From the NCBI RefSeq assembly GCF_006345805.1, contig NC_043006.1:20088001-20152000 (forward strand): a stretch of 64,000 nucleotides of DNA, given 5' to 3'. The notes under the pieces are model-generated. The model was not told where the DNA came from and searched no databases. It was given only the letters and a program-made list of their open reading frames with translations. Shown here in pieces: positions 1 to 11,418 of the stretch (within the stretch, counting starts at the first letter, position 1; every line of letters begins with the position of its first letter). This DNA comes from Octopus sinensis. Lineage: Eukaryota. The translations under genes were made by a program, and so were the position numbers.

Positions 1-1458
1 AATAAGTAGAAAGGTAGGCAATCCACAAATGTCCTCAGGAAGATGGCCCTGCTCGATCTGTAGAAAAGGTGTAGGTAGAAACTCTATAAGATGTACCCAG
101 TGTAAGCTATGGACACATAAGAGGTGCAGCAATGTCAAAGGTAGGCTAACTGGGAAGATAGTTTTTATATGTGGCAGATGCTCAGGAGCATTGACCTCCG
201 AAAATCTGTAGAAAACAACTTCCGTCACTTTCCAGGGGGAAAAATTAGAAGTAGTTGATAGCTTCCGTTATCTAGGTGACCAAGTCAGTAGTGGGGGTGG
301 GTGCGCTGAGAGTGTAACTGCTAGAATAAGAATAGCCTGGGCAAAGTTTAGGGAGCTCTTACCTCTGCTGGTGACTAAAGGCCTCTCGCTCAGAGTAAAG
401 GGCAGACTGTATGATGCATGTGTTCGAACTGCCATGCTACATGGCAGCGAAACATGGGCCGTGACTGCTGAGGACATGCATAAGCTCATGAGGAATGAAG
501 CCAGTATGCTCCGATGGATGTGTAATGTCAGTGTACTTACTTGACAGAGCGTTAGTTCCCTGAGAGAAATGTTATACCTAAGAAGCATCAGTTGTTGCGT
601 GCAAGAGAGACGATTGCGCTGGTATGGTCATGTGGCGAGAATGGATGAAGATAGGTGTGTGAGAAAGTGCCAATCCCTAGCAGTTGAGGGAACCCGTGGA
701 AGAGGTAGACCCAGGAAAACCTGGGACGAGGTGGTGAAGCACGACCTTCGAACGTTAGGTCTCACCATGGAAATGACTAGAGACTGAGACCTATGGAAGT
801 ATGCTGTGCGTGAGAAGACCCGGCAAGGCTAGTGAAGCCATAACCCGTGGGCCCTACCTGGGACGTAGTCAGTCCACCTGTGCATACCTTCCTGCTTGTG
901 ACACTTGTGAAGACCTGTTGAGGCAAATCAAATCAGAGTCAAATCGAATCAAGTCAAACCTAATCAAAATAGATGAACATCAATGGAATTTGTATCCTTG
1001 TGGTACCAGTGCCGGTGGCACATAAGAAAACCATCCGAACGGGACCATAGCCAGTACCGCATCGACTGGCCTCTGTGCCGTGGGCACATAACAAACACCA
1101 TCCGATCGTAGCTGTTCGCCAGCCTCGTCTGGCACCTGTGTCAGTGGCACATAAAAAACACCATCCGAGCGTGGCCGTCTGCCAGCCTCGTCTGGCACCT
1201 GTGTCGGTGGCACATAAAAAACACCATCCGAGCGTGGCCGTCTGCCAGCCTCGTCTGGCACCTGTGTCGGTGGCACATAAAATCACCCACTACACTCTCG
1301 GAGTGGTTGGCGTTGGGAAGGGCATCCAGCTGTAGAAACACTGCCAGATCTGACTGGCCTGGTGTAGCCTTCGGGCTTGCCAGACCCCAGTTGAACCGTC
1401 CAACCCATGCTAGCATAGAAAGCGGACGTTAAACGATGATGATGATGATGATGATGAT
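1..1458 (+). mobile_element. RTE-clade LINE, 3' portion (degraded ORF2 end with PHD finger, repetitive 3'UTR, (GAT)n tail)
   Basis: FRYLGDQ, RLRWYGHVARMD and RGRGRPRKTW motifs with stops and frameshifts; about 61-bp UTR repeats at 1090-1280; gatgatgat tail. Confidence 0.92.
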
Positions 1459-1484
1459 ATATATACACACAACGGGCTTCTTTC

Positions 1485-1722
1485 ATATGTATATGTATGT
1501 GTGTGTATATGTTTGTGTGTCTGTGTTTGTCTCCCCAACATTGCTTGACAACCAATGCTGGTGTGTTTACGTCCCCATAACTTAGCAGTTCGGCAAAAGA
1601 GACCAATAGAATAAGTACTAGGCTTACAAAGAATAAGTCCCAGGGTCAATTCGCTCGACTAAAGGCAGGGCTCCAGCATGGCTCCAGTCACATGACTGAA
1701 ACAAGTAAAAGAGTAAAAAAGG
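1485..1722 (+). mobile_element. SINE family A, 3' part
   Basis: attgcttgacaacc...ctccagcatgg...gaaacaagtaaaagag body and tail. Confidence 0.85.
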
Positions 1723-2096
1723 AGTAAATGAATACAAAAAAAGTGGACAAAGCCAATCTCAAAAGGGGAGGTGTTGTGTGGAAGTAGAACACCCCTATTT
1801 GTTTGGCTCCTAATGGACTGTGTCACAATATAAATGGACATGCACAGAGAGTGTGGGGAGAGAGTCGGTGAGCTGTGTAAAGCCAAGAGTTGCGTATTAT
1901 GGAATGTAAATACAAGTATTGTGTATCTTGTGTAGAACGATTTGTGAGGACGTTATACGATATATCCCGTTATATCCATCGTGCAATACTACACTAATCA
2001 TATTCTTGCTCTCTGATAAATTCAACATTTTTTCCAAACTGACATCCTTTTCGTTTCCCTAAGGTGACAACCTCTTAAAAAATAAAGTTGACCATG

Positions 2097-2285
2097 TCAG
2101 CTTCTTCTTCTTCTTCTTCTTCTTCTCCTCCTTCTTCTTCGTCTTCTCCTTCTTCTTCTCCTTCTTCTTCTTCTTCTCTTCTTCTTCTTCTTCTTCTTCT
2201 TCTTGTTATTGTTGTTGCTGTTGTTATTGCTGCTTCTGCTGCTGCTGTTGTTGTTGTTGCTGCTGTTGTTGTTGCTGTTGTTTGA
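2097..2285. repeat. Compound (CTT)n-(GTT/GCT)n microsatellite
   Basis: Direct reading. Confidence 0.95.
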
Positions 2286-2429
2286 TCCTATGCAGAGATA
2301 TGCAGAGATGTGGTGGAAATCAGAAAGAAAGTGGAGTTTAGAAATTGTTTGCGGTTGTAATACAAGTCACAGGTAAAAGTATTACAGTCATGTAGATAAA
2401 GAAGACCATAGAATGTATAAGAAATCCAA

Positions 2430-2826
2430 TAGGAGTGACTGTGTGGTAAGTAGTTTGTTTACCAACCACATGGTTCCGGGTTCAGTCCCACTGCATAGCA
2501 CCTTGGGCAAGTGTCTTCTACTATAGCCTCGGGCCAACCAAAGCCTTGTGAGTGGATTTGGTAGACGGAAACTGAAAGAATCCCGTCGTATATATGTATA
2601 TATATATATGCATGTGTGTGTTTGTGTGTCTGTGTTTGTTCCCCTAGCATTGCTTGACAACCGATGCTGGTGTGTTTATGTCCCCGTCACTTAGCAGTTC
2701 AGCAAAAGAGACCGATAGAATAAGTACTGGGCTTACGAAAGAATAAGTCCCAGGGTTGAGTTGCTCGACTAAATGTGGTGCTCCAGCATGGCCGCAGTCA
2801 AATGACTGAAACGAGTAAAAGAGTAT
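2430..2826 (+). mobile_element. SINE family A (tRNA-like head, internal (TA)n, AAAAGAGT tail)
   Basis: A-box-like ggctgtgtggtaag, B-box ggttcagtccc, shared with many copies in the window. Confidence 0.9.
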
Positions 2827-3221
2827 CTGATGGACCAGAGTTTGGATTTAAATATACATGGTAACCCAGGAGGCTAAAATGCACATGCAAACATACACAC
2901 ACAACATTCACACATTCTGTGTGTGTGTGTGTGTGTGTGTGCATGTGCAAGCAATGAAAATGGTGGTAGTGGTGGGATGAAGGAAATATGAACTTAGTGT
3001 ACTATGGTAGAGCTCAAAGTTATAAGCTTCTTTCAGTTTCCATCTGTCAAATCCACTCCCAAGGCTTTGGTTGGCCAGTGACTATAGTAGAAGATACTTG
3101 CCCACAGCTCTGTGGAGAAGGACTGAACCTGAAACCCCATGGCTTGGAAGCAAACACTTAAACCACACAACCATCTGTGAATGCAGACATTACCCATGTC
3201 TGCATACACAGATATATTACA

Positions 3222-3582
3222 CACATCCGAATCATGGCCGATGCCAGCGCCGCCTCGACTGGCTTCCGTGTCGGTGGCACGTAAAAAGCACCATCCGAAT
3301 CGTGGCCGAAGCCAGTGCCACCTCGACTGGCTTCTGTGCAGGTGGCACGTAAAATGCACCAATCCGACCGTGGCCGATGCCAGCCTCGCCTGGCACCTGT
3401 GCGGGTGGCACGTAAAAAGCACCCACTACACTCCCGGAGTGGTTGGCGTTAGGAAGGGCATCCAGCTGATAAGACCGGCGCCTGGGACAGCCTTCTGGCT
3501 TCCCAGATCCCCGGTCGAACCGTCCAGCCCATGCTAGCATGGAGAACGGACGTTAAACGATGATGATGATGATGATGATGAC
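3222..3582 (+). mobile_element. 5'-truncated RTE 3'UTR with (GAT)n tail
   Basis: ggtggcacgtaaaaagcacc repeats, cccatgctagcatgg, gat tail. Confidence 0.88.
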
Positions 3583-3743
3583 ACACACACACACACACAC
3601 TCTCACACACACTCACACATACACATGCACATATACATACACACATATATGCACATGCTCACATTTGTACATATTTACAAATATATATTTAGATATTATA
3701 TGTTTATCAGTATTATATATCTGTACTTTCCTCTTCTTTGCAG

Positions 3744-3965
3744 CTTCTGATGAAGGAACAAGACAAACTTTTGATTCGAAAATTTATTCATCTGCGAAAC
3801 ATCATCCAAAAATTGAAATGCACAATGGAGAAACCATTTTCAACCTCGGACATCAATGATGTTGTTTCCTTTGAGAACTTGAGTTCTTCTTTATCGCAAA
3901 TCTCTCTGCAAGAAGATATATTCGATGACGTAGCTTTCCAGGTTATGGATGACCTTCGAGAGTGA
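3744..3965 (+). CDS. Putative terminal coding exon of a convergent gene; LURAP/FAM167/FAM89-like coiled-coil segment (LLMKEQDKLLIRKFIHLRNIIQKLKC...)
   Basis: Strong acceptor ctttcctcttctttgcag, 73 non-repetitive codons; the MxxQDxxLxxxxxxLRxxIxxLK pattern is recalled from that family; upstream exons not in window. Confidence 0.6.
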   Translation, partial: LLMKEQDKLLIRKFIHLRNIIQKLKCTMEKPFSTSDINDVVSFENLSSSLSQISLQEDIFDDVAFQVMDDLRE

Positions 3966-4696
3966 ACAATGTCACATGGAACCTTTTCCATATATACAAG
4001 CAGTGTTAAAGTTCTACAGACACCAAACTGGAAGAGAGAGCGAGAGAGAGAGAGAGGAATTTGACAGATATGGTGATGGTACAAAGGAAATATTCCAATC
4101 TGGTAATGTCTGACTCTGATAATGGACAGTAGCCATGCTGGAGTACTGCCATCAGGAATTAATTGTGGATTTTGGCTAAGTTGAGCTTTATAGTGTAAAG
4201 GGATAAAACTTGCGTAGAACATTAAATCCTTAAAAATGTTTTAGCCCGAAGGCCGCGGCCATGCTGGGGCACCACAAATTATTTTGTTTTGATGCAGCAA
4301 TTTATCAAAAATCCCTTGGCAATATACACACTCCCCCACCACACACACACACACACAAGATTCTTCATAGGTTTCTCATCTATTAAATTTCCCTCACTGC
4401 ACCATGGTAGAAGGTATTTACCAAAGTACCAAACAAAGAATCAAACCTGGATTAACATCACTGTGCACTAAACATTTTACCTATATAATCATGCCTACAC
4501 CCATGGACCCGGGGACAGGGGGTGCAAAGGGTGCAAGTGCACTTCCTAAAATTTTTGTGGGGTGCAATATCTAAATTTGCACCCCTTCTTACTCTTGTCA
4601 GGTTTATAAAACAGTGCATAAAAATTTATTTGTAAGATGTTGCTTAAAGTTACTTTTCTTCTCAAAGAACAAAGAAGAAAAAGAAATTTTAAAAAA

Positions 4697-4915
4697 TACT
4701 CTTTTACTTGTTTCAGTCATTTGACTGCGGCCATGCTGGAGCGCCGCCTTTGGTCGAGCAAATCACCCCCAGGACTTATTCTTTGTAAGCCTAGTACTTA
4801 TTCTATTGGTCTCTTTTGCCGAACCGCTGGGTTATGGGCACATGAACGCACCAGCATCGGTTGTCGAGCGGTGCTGGGGGAACGAGCACAGACACACAAA
4901 CACACACATACAAAT
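4697..4915 (-). mobile_element. SINE family A, 3' half
   Basis: Reverse complement of the family A tail and body. Confidence 0.85.
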
Positions 4916-4931
4916 ATATATATATACATAT

Positions 4932-5168
4932 GCACCAATCCGACCGTGGCCATTGCCAGCCTCGCCTGGTACCTGTGCGGGTGGCACATAAAAAGCACCC
5001 ACTACACTCACGGCGTTAGGAAGGGCATCCAGCTGTAGAAACATTACCAGATAAGACTGGAGCCTGGTGCAGCCTTCTGCTTTCCCAGATCCCCGGTTGA
5101 ACCGTCCAACCCATGCTAGCATGGAGAACGGACGTTAAACGATGATGATGATGATGAAGATGATGACA
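4932..5168 (+). mobile_element. RTE 3' tail
   Basis: Same UTR and tail as 3222-3582. Confidence 0.85.
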
Positions 5169-5445
5169 ATAAGACTTTGTAAGAATTTTGGACCTGGGTT
5201 GGCACCCACTAAACAAATTTCGTTCCCAGTACATCCACATGTGTGTGTGTGTGTGTGTGTAAAAAGTAAAAGGGATTAATAAAGACAGGCAGATATCTAT
5301 AAAGCACTCAGTGTTAAACAAATTTGGTTGACTATATCTAACAATCAGGTACCAATTAGTGCAAGTAGAAATAACAGCCAAGATAATTTTTCATGTATGA
5401 TGAGTAAATCCAAATAACACTTTGAAGAATTTCAAGAAATTCAAA

Positions 5446-5616
5446 GAGTGGCTGTATGGTAAGTAGCTTGTTTACCAACCACATGGTTCCAGGTTCAGTC
5501 CCACTGCGTGGCACCTTGGGCAAGTGTCTTCTACTATAGCCTCAGGCCGACCAAAGCCTTGTGAGTGGATTTGGTAGACGGAAACTGAAAGAAGCCCGTC
5601 GTATATATGTATATAT

Positions 5617-5670
<54 letters not shown>

Positions 5671-5890
5671 TGGGTGTGTTTGTGTATCTGTGTTTGTTCC
5701 CCTAGCATTGCTTGACAACCGATGCTGGTGTGTTTGTGTCCCCGTTACTTAGCGGTTCGGCAAAAGAGACCGATAGAATAAGTACTAGGCTTACAAAAGA
5801 ATAAGTCCCAGGATCGAGTTGCTTGATTAAAGGCGGTGCTCCAGCATGGCTGCAGTCAAATGACTGAAACAAGTAAAAGAGTAAAAGAGT
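5446..5890 (+). mobile_element. SINE family A with expanded internal (TA)n
   Basis: Full head, body and tail. Confidence 0.9.
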
Positions 5891-6100
5891 ATGAGACTTG
5901 ACTGGTATTTAATACCTTTTACTGCATCTAGATATTCTGGCACCATAGAAGCAATCATTAACAATATATGGTTTAATCACCAATTAAAAATGTGATTTTC
6001 TCCATTCTTATTCTTGTTATATACGAGGGGTTGCTGAATAGTTCCTGGCTTTGGGTAAAAGAAATACAGGAGGATCAGTTAATTATGATTTTATTTAACA

Positions 6101-6498
6101 CTAGCAGTATCGCCCGGCGTTGCTCGGGTTTGTAAGGGAAATAACTATATAAGCATTTTTAGAGAGTTATAGCCAAAAAGTAGCAAAAAAATGCATTAAA
6201 AATGGAAAAAAAAAAAGGATGGTAAATTTTTTTTGAAATCGTTGACTCATCGTAGACATTTTTAGAGAGTTACTTCCCTTATATAATAGCGAAAAAATGC
6301 ATTAAAATGGAAAAAAATGATATTAATTTTTTTTTTAAATCGTAGACTCATCGTAGACGAGCGCTAATACCCAGAAGGGCTCGATATGAATCACGACTAT
6401 AAGATACCCGGTTTTGGTTAAATTGCACCTCAAAATGTGGGAGTAGTTAGGAATCTAATTCGTAGGAGACAGACACACAACTTCACTTTTATATATAA
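6101..6498 (-). mobile_element. Non-autonomous Helitron, copy 1
   Basis: 3' CTAG end with CCCG-N8-CGGG subterminal hairpin; same family as 22928-23327. Confidence 0.85.
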
Positions 6499-7012
6499 CT
6501 AGCAGTATCGCCCGGCGTTGCTCGGCTTTGTAAGGGAAATAACTATATAAGCATTTTTAGAGAGTTACTTCCTTTATAGATGCCAATTCGGGCTTTCTTA
6601 GCCATTTCTGTTTTGGTGTCTTCAAGCCATGAAGTCGTTGTTCTAAAAGAACGCTGGTCTCCTTGACAACGCATTACGACGTTGATTTCCTTAAACTCCC
6701 TTCCCCACAGCTTCACGAGGGAGGGAAGGGGGAGAAGCAAACACAGGTGCAGGTGTTTGAGCGTGGACGCCAACTCCGCCGCCATCGACACGCGAAAAAT
6801 TATGCATTAAAATGGAATAAAAAATGATGTTAAATTATTTTTAAAATCGTAGACTCATCGTAGATGCGCGCTAATACTCAGACGGGCTCGATATGAATCA
6901 CGACTATAAGATACCCGGTTTTGGTTAAACTGCACCGCAAAATGTGGGAGTAGTTAGGAATCTAAATCGAAGGGGACAGACACTCACGCAACTTCAGTTT
7001 TATATATATAGA
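6499..7012 (-). mobile_element. Non-autonomous Helitron, copy 2 (tandem, extra internal segment of about 210 bp)
   Basis: 5' TC at 7012, 3' CTAG at 6499, A/T insertion site with no TSD. Confidence 0.85.
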
Positions 7013-7189
7013 TATTCTCCTCTCAGATTTACACACTTATTGCAGTGGTCCTTCAGTTTTTTTAAACCCTGTAAAAGGACTTGGAAAGTATGGCCTCCAA
7101 CCAAGCCTTTCACGATACCCTTAAAGCCGGGAACTTTTCAGCACCCCCCTTGCATATATCATCATTTTGCACCCCTTTCTCCATGCTTG

Positions 7190-8330
7190 AACGGATTGGA
7201 TGGGTCCTTTTCAATTTAGCACCTCGTCACTTGCTCTAGCTCTTTGTCATCTCCTTTGTAAGGGTCATTCTCTTGAGATTAACTTTCAGCAGCTCTTTCT
7301 GTGTCTTTCTTGGTCTTCCTGCCCAATTCACTTGGCACTGCATTACACCATGATACCCCTTATACAATAACATGTCTGTACTAGCTCAGTCTTTTCTCTT
7401 GGTCATCACATCTGATTCCTCTTATACTCAGTTTTTCTGTCCCTGCTTCTTTGTTCTTCACCAATCATGTACTTTTTACTTTGGCATATGTCACCACATT
7501 TAACCCTTTCGTTACCAACCCGGCTGAAACCGGCCCTGGCTCTGAGTACAAATGTCATGTTTTCATAAGTTCTGAATTAAAATCTTCCACCAAATCTTAC
7601 TCACAATTTATGTTCCTTACACTAGATTAATGATAACGAAGTTATTTTACTAAATTCTTTGTTATATTTAAAGTAATTGAAAGAAACACAGAGCATCTCA
7701 AAATAAATACAGTAACAAAAGGGTTAATGCCCATGTTTTGTTCACTTGCGACATTTCAGTCTGTACACAGGCATCTGCTAGCAGAAGCAATTGCTTCCTG
7801 AACCGTTTCCTCTCAGCCTTTAGTCGGGCTACTATGCCTTCCAAACAAACCTCCTTCATTGTAATAAAGTCACTTCAGTAACGAACTCTATCATTTACAT
7901 CTAAAGATCCTTCTATATATTTACAAGAATTTATTATAACGAGTGCTTTTACTGCTAACAGCTCTTGTGCATCTGCTTCAAAATCCTTCTTCCCCCTCAC
8001 CTTATCTGTGATCCCACTGTATCTCATGTAAGTAAGTAAAATCCCTAGCTACTGACTGGAAGGGGAGGCTGTCTTTTTAACCAATATGCTGCTGCGAGTA
8101 CTGCTAGATGATGGATTCTGATGATGATGTTATTCCACACTTTCTAATTTATGGCACTGGCCTTAGCATGCTCAAGGTCAAGGTATTGCGACTTCAGATC
8201 TTCTTCAATTTGTTTCGCCCATGTCTTCTCCAGAGCAAAGATCACTGCCACCACAAAAGTTGGTGAGGTAGTCTTCCCAAGGCTCATCCTGCAGATGTGA
8301 CTGAACAACAGTTTTATGCCATACGACATT
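7190..8330 (-). mobile_element. Old degraded RTE LINE (RT to 3' end)
   Basis: Residual GK-T...IFAL-EK...DLE-A RT motif at 8144-8329 and GRPRKT near 7310-7330. Confidence 0.65.
7504..7723 (+). mobile_element. piggyBac-like MITE family PB1 (220 bp)
   Basis: TTAA/CCCTTTCGTTAC...GTAACAAAAGGG/TTAA. Confidence 0.88.
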
Positions 8331-8825
8331 CTTTCCTTTTCTACTTATCAAGAATGACCACTTCCAAGATGATAATAGAATCTTGATGTTTTTTCTGTCA
8401 TCTAAAACTTTTATTTTTGTTAAAATTGCTTCAAGATATCTTGATTATAGGCTTTGAATCAACATTAGGAATTTCTCTAATTCTTCAACAGTTTCAACTC
8501 TAAACTAAAGCAAACCAAAGAACTTCATATATCAGCTGGGTGGCAACTTCTTTTTACTGTAGTTTACACACAAATAACAAAACTGAGAATTCTGACACAA
8601 TCTATTACTGAAAGGTTCATCAAAAAGTCTTAACAGATTAGTCTTAGCACCACTAATGAGTTAAGAGATTGGAGATAACACTACTAATATCTATACTGAA
8701 GTATATCTTATCTGATCAGTCTTAAAACCACTAAAATCTTACCTGATCAGTCGTAACACCACCATCATAACTGAGCAGTCATAGTACAACTAATGTCATA
8801 ACCGATCAGTCAGATCAACACCAAT

Positions 8826-9008
8826 ATATCAATATTAATAGCAGCGTTTTATCTATCTCTATGTCCTGAGTTCAAATTCTGCTGAGATTGACTTTTGTCT
8901 TTCATCTTTTCAGGGTCAATAAAATAAATACCAGCTGAAAACTGGACTCCACATGTAACCAACTAACCCACTTCCCCGAAATTGCTGGCTTTGTGCCAAA
9001 ATTTGAAG
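8826..9008 (+). mobile_element. Old SINE family C-like copy
   Basis: ctgagttcaaattc...ctttcatc...ggtcaataaaataaatacc core. Confidence 0.6.
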
Positions 9009-9160
9009 CCAATATTAATGTCTTAACTAATCACTCACATCACCCCAGTGCTTAAACCGTACTGCTGTTTTAACTGATCATAGCCCACCATTGCCTTAAT
9101 TGATCAGTTATTGCAGCACCAGTGTCTTAACTGTTATGATACTTTTACAAATCATTTATA

Positions 9161-9330
9161 GGCACAGGAGTGGCTGTGTGGTAAGTAGCTTGCTTACCAG
9201 CCACATGGTTCCGGGTTCAGTCCCACTGCATGGCGCCTTGGTCAAGTGTCTTCTACAATAGCCTCGGGCCGACCAAAGCCTTGTGAGTGGATATGGTTGA
9301 CAGAACTGAAAGAAGCCCATCGTATATATG

Positions 9331-9361
<31 letters not shown>

Positions 9362-9558
9362 TTGTCACCCCAACATCGCTTGACAACCGATGCTGGCGTG
9401 TTTATGTCCCCATAACTTAACGGTTCAGCAAAAGAGACCGATAGAATAAGTACTGGGCTTACAAAGAATAAGTCCTGCGGTCAATTTGCCTGACTGAAGG
9501 CGATGCTCCAGCATGGCCACAGTCAAATGACTGAAACAAGTAAAAGAGTAAAAGAGAG
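9161..9558 (+). mobile_element. SINE family A
   Basis: Full length. Confidence 0.9.
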
Positions 9559-10269
9559 TACAACCAAATGTCCTGACTGATTAGCACATCCTTATTGTGT
9601 CTATTGCTATACACTGTACCGAGAACATTAGTAATTTTGTTAAACAAAGTGAATCAGCCTTAATTGAACCGCTACTTTAGTTCATTAGGTTTCATTATCT
9701 CGTAACCCGACAATACTCACCATTATGTTCGTATAAACATTTTATTAGTGGCATGCAAAACAACTTCCTGTTTTATTCTTCTTGATAATAGGAATTTTTA
9801 ACAAACAAACAAACATACTAATAAATAAACAAAAAGAAATAATGAATAGTACTCTATAATGTTTTGATTCGAAATACCAAATAACCAATCCAAAATTTTA
9901 TTTGAATTAAAAACTCCCTTTTTATCATTCTACATGTTTATGTTTTTTCTATGGTATCACTGACTAAAAAATATATACAGTAATTCCTTGACATCTCGCA
10001 GTTCACTGATCACAGTTTGTTATTTAAGTTTACGTCAATTACTCTGTGGTGTTGTTTTGCAATTGTAATAAAATAAATATATACAAATTATAAAAATAAT
10101 AAAAAAATATACAGTACTGTCTCTATTTTGTGGATTTTCACCCATCATAGTGGGGTTATGGAATATAGCACCTGCAATAGTCGAGGGATTGCTATATCTG
10201 TATTTTGCTTGTTTTGCATGTTTTATATCTATAAGTTCCAAAGACATTTTGAGATGAGTTTAGTAGGGT

Positions 10270-10820
10270 AGTTGCTGGTGGAAACAATGAGTCAGCCGGA
10301 GGTGCTGGTTGGCCATATGAATGTTGTGGGAGGAAGCAATGATGTTGGTGGCTGTGGAAAGAAGGAGAGATCCAGCTTGTGTCTCAAATAGCTTCTGTCA
10401 ACCAAGTCCAACTCCCAACCTTCACATAACAGAACTTTTCTTACTAATGAAAGAAGGGGCAAAGGCAGATGGGGTCTCATCCTTCCTGGCCAACTGCTCA
10501 CCTACAATATGGAAAACTCTGACTTTAAACCTCTACTACTTTGCAGCTACACTCACCCAAGGGAAAAAGCTATGAGGGTTGACCCAGAGAAGCAATCCAG
10601 AGCTGGAGTCCCCGACGTGGACAATGAATAGGACTTCGCCAGTCTATTGGTTTGCACCTCCGACAGCTGGAGAGGCCACCATTCATAATGATCTTCATAC
10701 CAATTAAGCCTGACATCCAAGATCAAGAGATTGGAACTGCCTCTGTGCTAAGGCTTTCCTTCTATAGTATTTTCATGCACCCATCTGTTGACTTTCTTGG
10801 ACTTGAGAAACTGCCACTAT
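10270..10820 (-). mobile_element. Possible 5' region of an RTE-BovB-like LINE
   Basis: The reverse strand (ggggactccagctctgga...gtgtagctgcaaag...gagttttcc...gagaccccatctgcc) resembles RTE 5'UTRs from memory only. Confidence 0.35.
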
Positions 10821-10821
10821 T

Positions 10822-11330
10822 CATCATCATCATGGTTTAATGTTTGCTTTCCATGCTGGCATGGGTTGGCCGGTTTGACTGAGGACTGGCGAACCAGATG
10901 GCTGCACCAGGCTCCAGTCTTGATCTGGCAGTGTTTCTACAGCTGGATGCCCTTACTAATGCCAACCACTCTGAGAGTGTAGTGGGTGCTTTTACATGCC
11001 ACTGGCACGGGGGCCAGTCAGGCGGTACTGGCAACAACCTCACTCAAATCTTTTTACATATGCCAACGGCACAGGTGCCAGTAAGGCGATGCTGGTAACA
11101 ATCCCGCTCGAATGGTGCCTCTTACATGCCACCGGCACGGAAGCCAGTTAGCCGCTCTGGCAACGATCACGCTTGGATGGTGCTCTTAGCACCCTACTAG
11201 CACGGGACACAAGTGCCAGTAAGGCGAAGCTGGTAACAATCACACTCGAATGGTGTCTTAAATGCGCCACAGGCACGGAAGGTGGTTAGCTGCTCTGTCA
11301 ACGATCACACTCGTATGGTGCTCGTGCCCT
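10822..11330 (-). mobile_element. RTE 3'UTR and tail
   Basis: catcatcat tail and gtggcac UTR repeats, reversed. Confidence 0.85.
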
Positions 11331-11418
11331 TCATCGAATTTCACTTTTATTATTCATATTTCCATATCAATATGACTAATTCAGATGTTTTTCTATTGTT
11401 TTAGTATTTGTTTTTTTA

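Larger units (their letters stand above)
6024..7152. mobile_element. mariner-derived MITE split by two Helitrons
   Basis: TA-CGAGGGGTTGCTGAATAGTTCCTGGCTTT versus AAAGCCGGGAACTTTTCAGCACCCCCCTTG terminal inverted repeats (TIRs); antisense mariner C-terminal remnant; related copy at about 15513-16260. Confidence 0.8.

Noticed and set aside
1772-2071. Solo LTR candidate
   Set aside because: It has a TG start and a TATA-like motif, but no clear CA end or TSD.
4105-4160. SECIS element making TGA 3963 a selenocysteine codon
   Set aside because: The hairpin lacks the AUGA/GA quartet and apical AA, and its loop (gccatgctggag) is a reversed SINE tail fragment.
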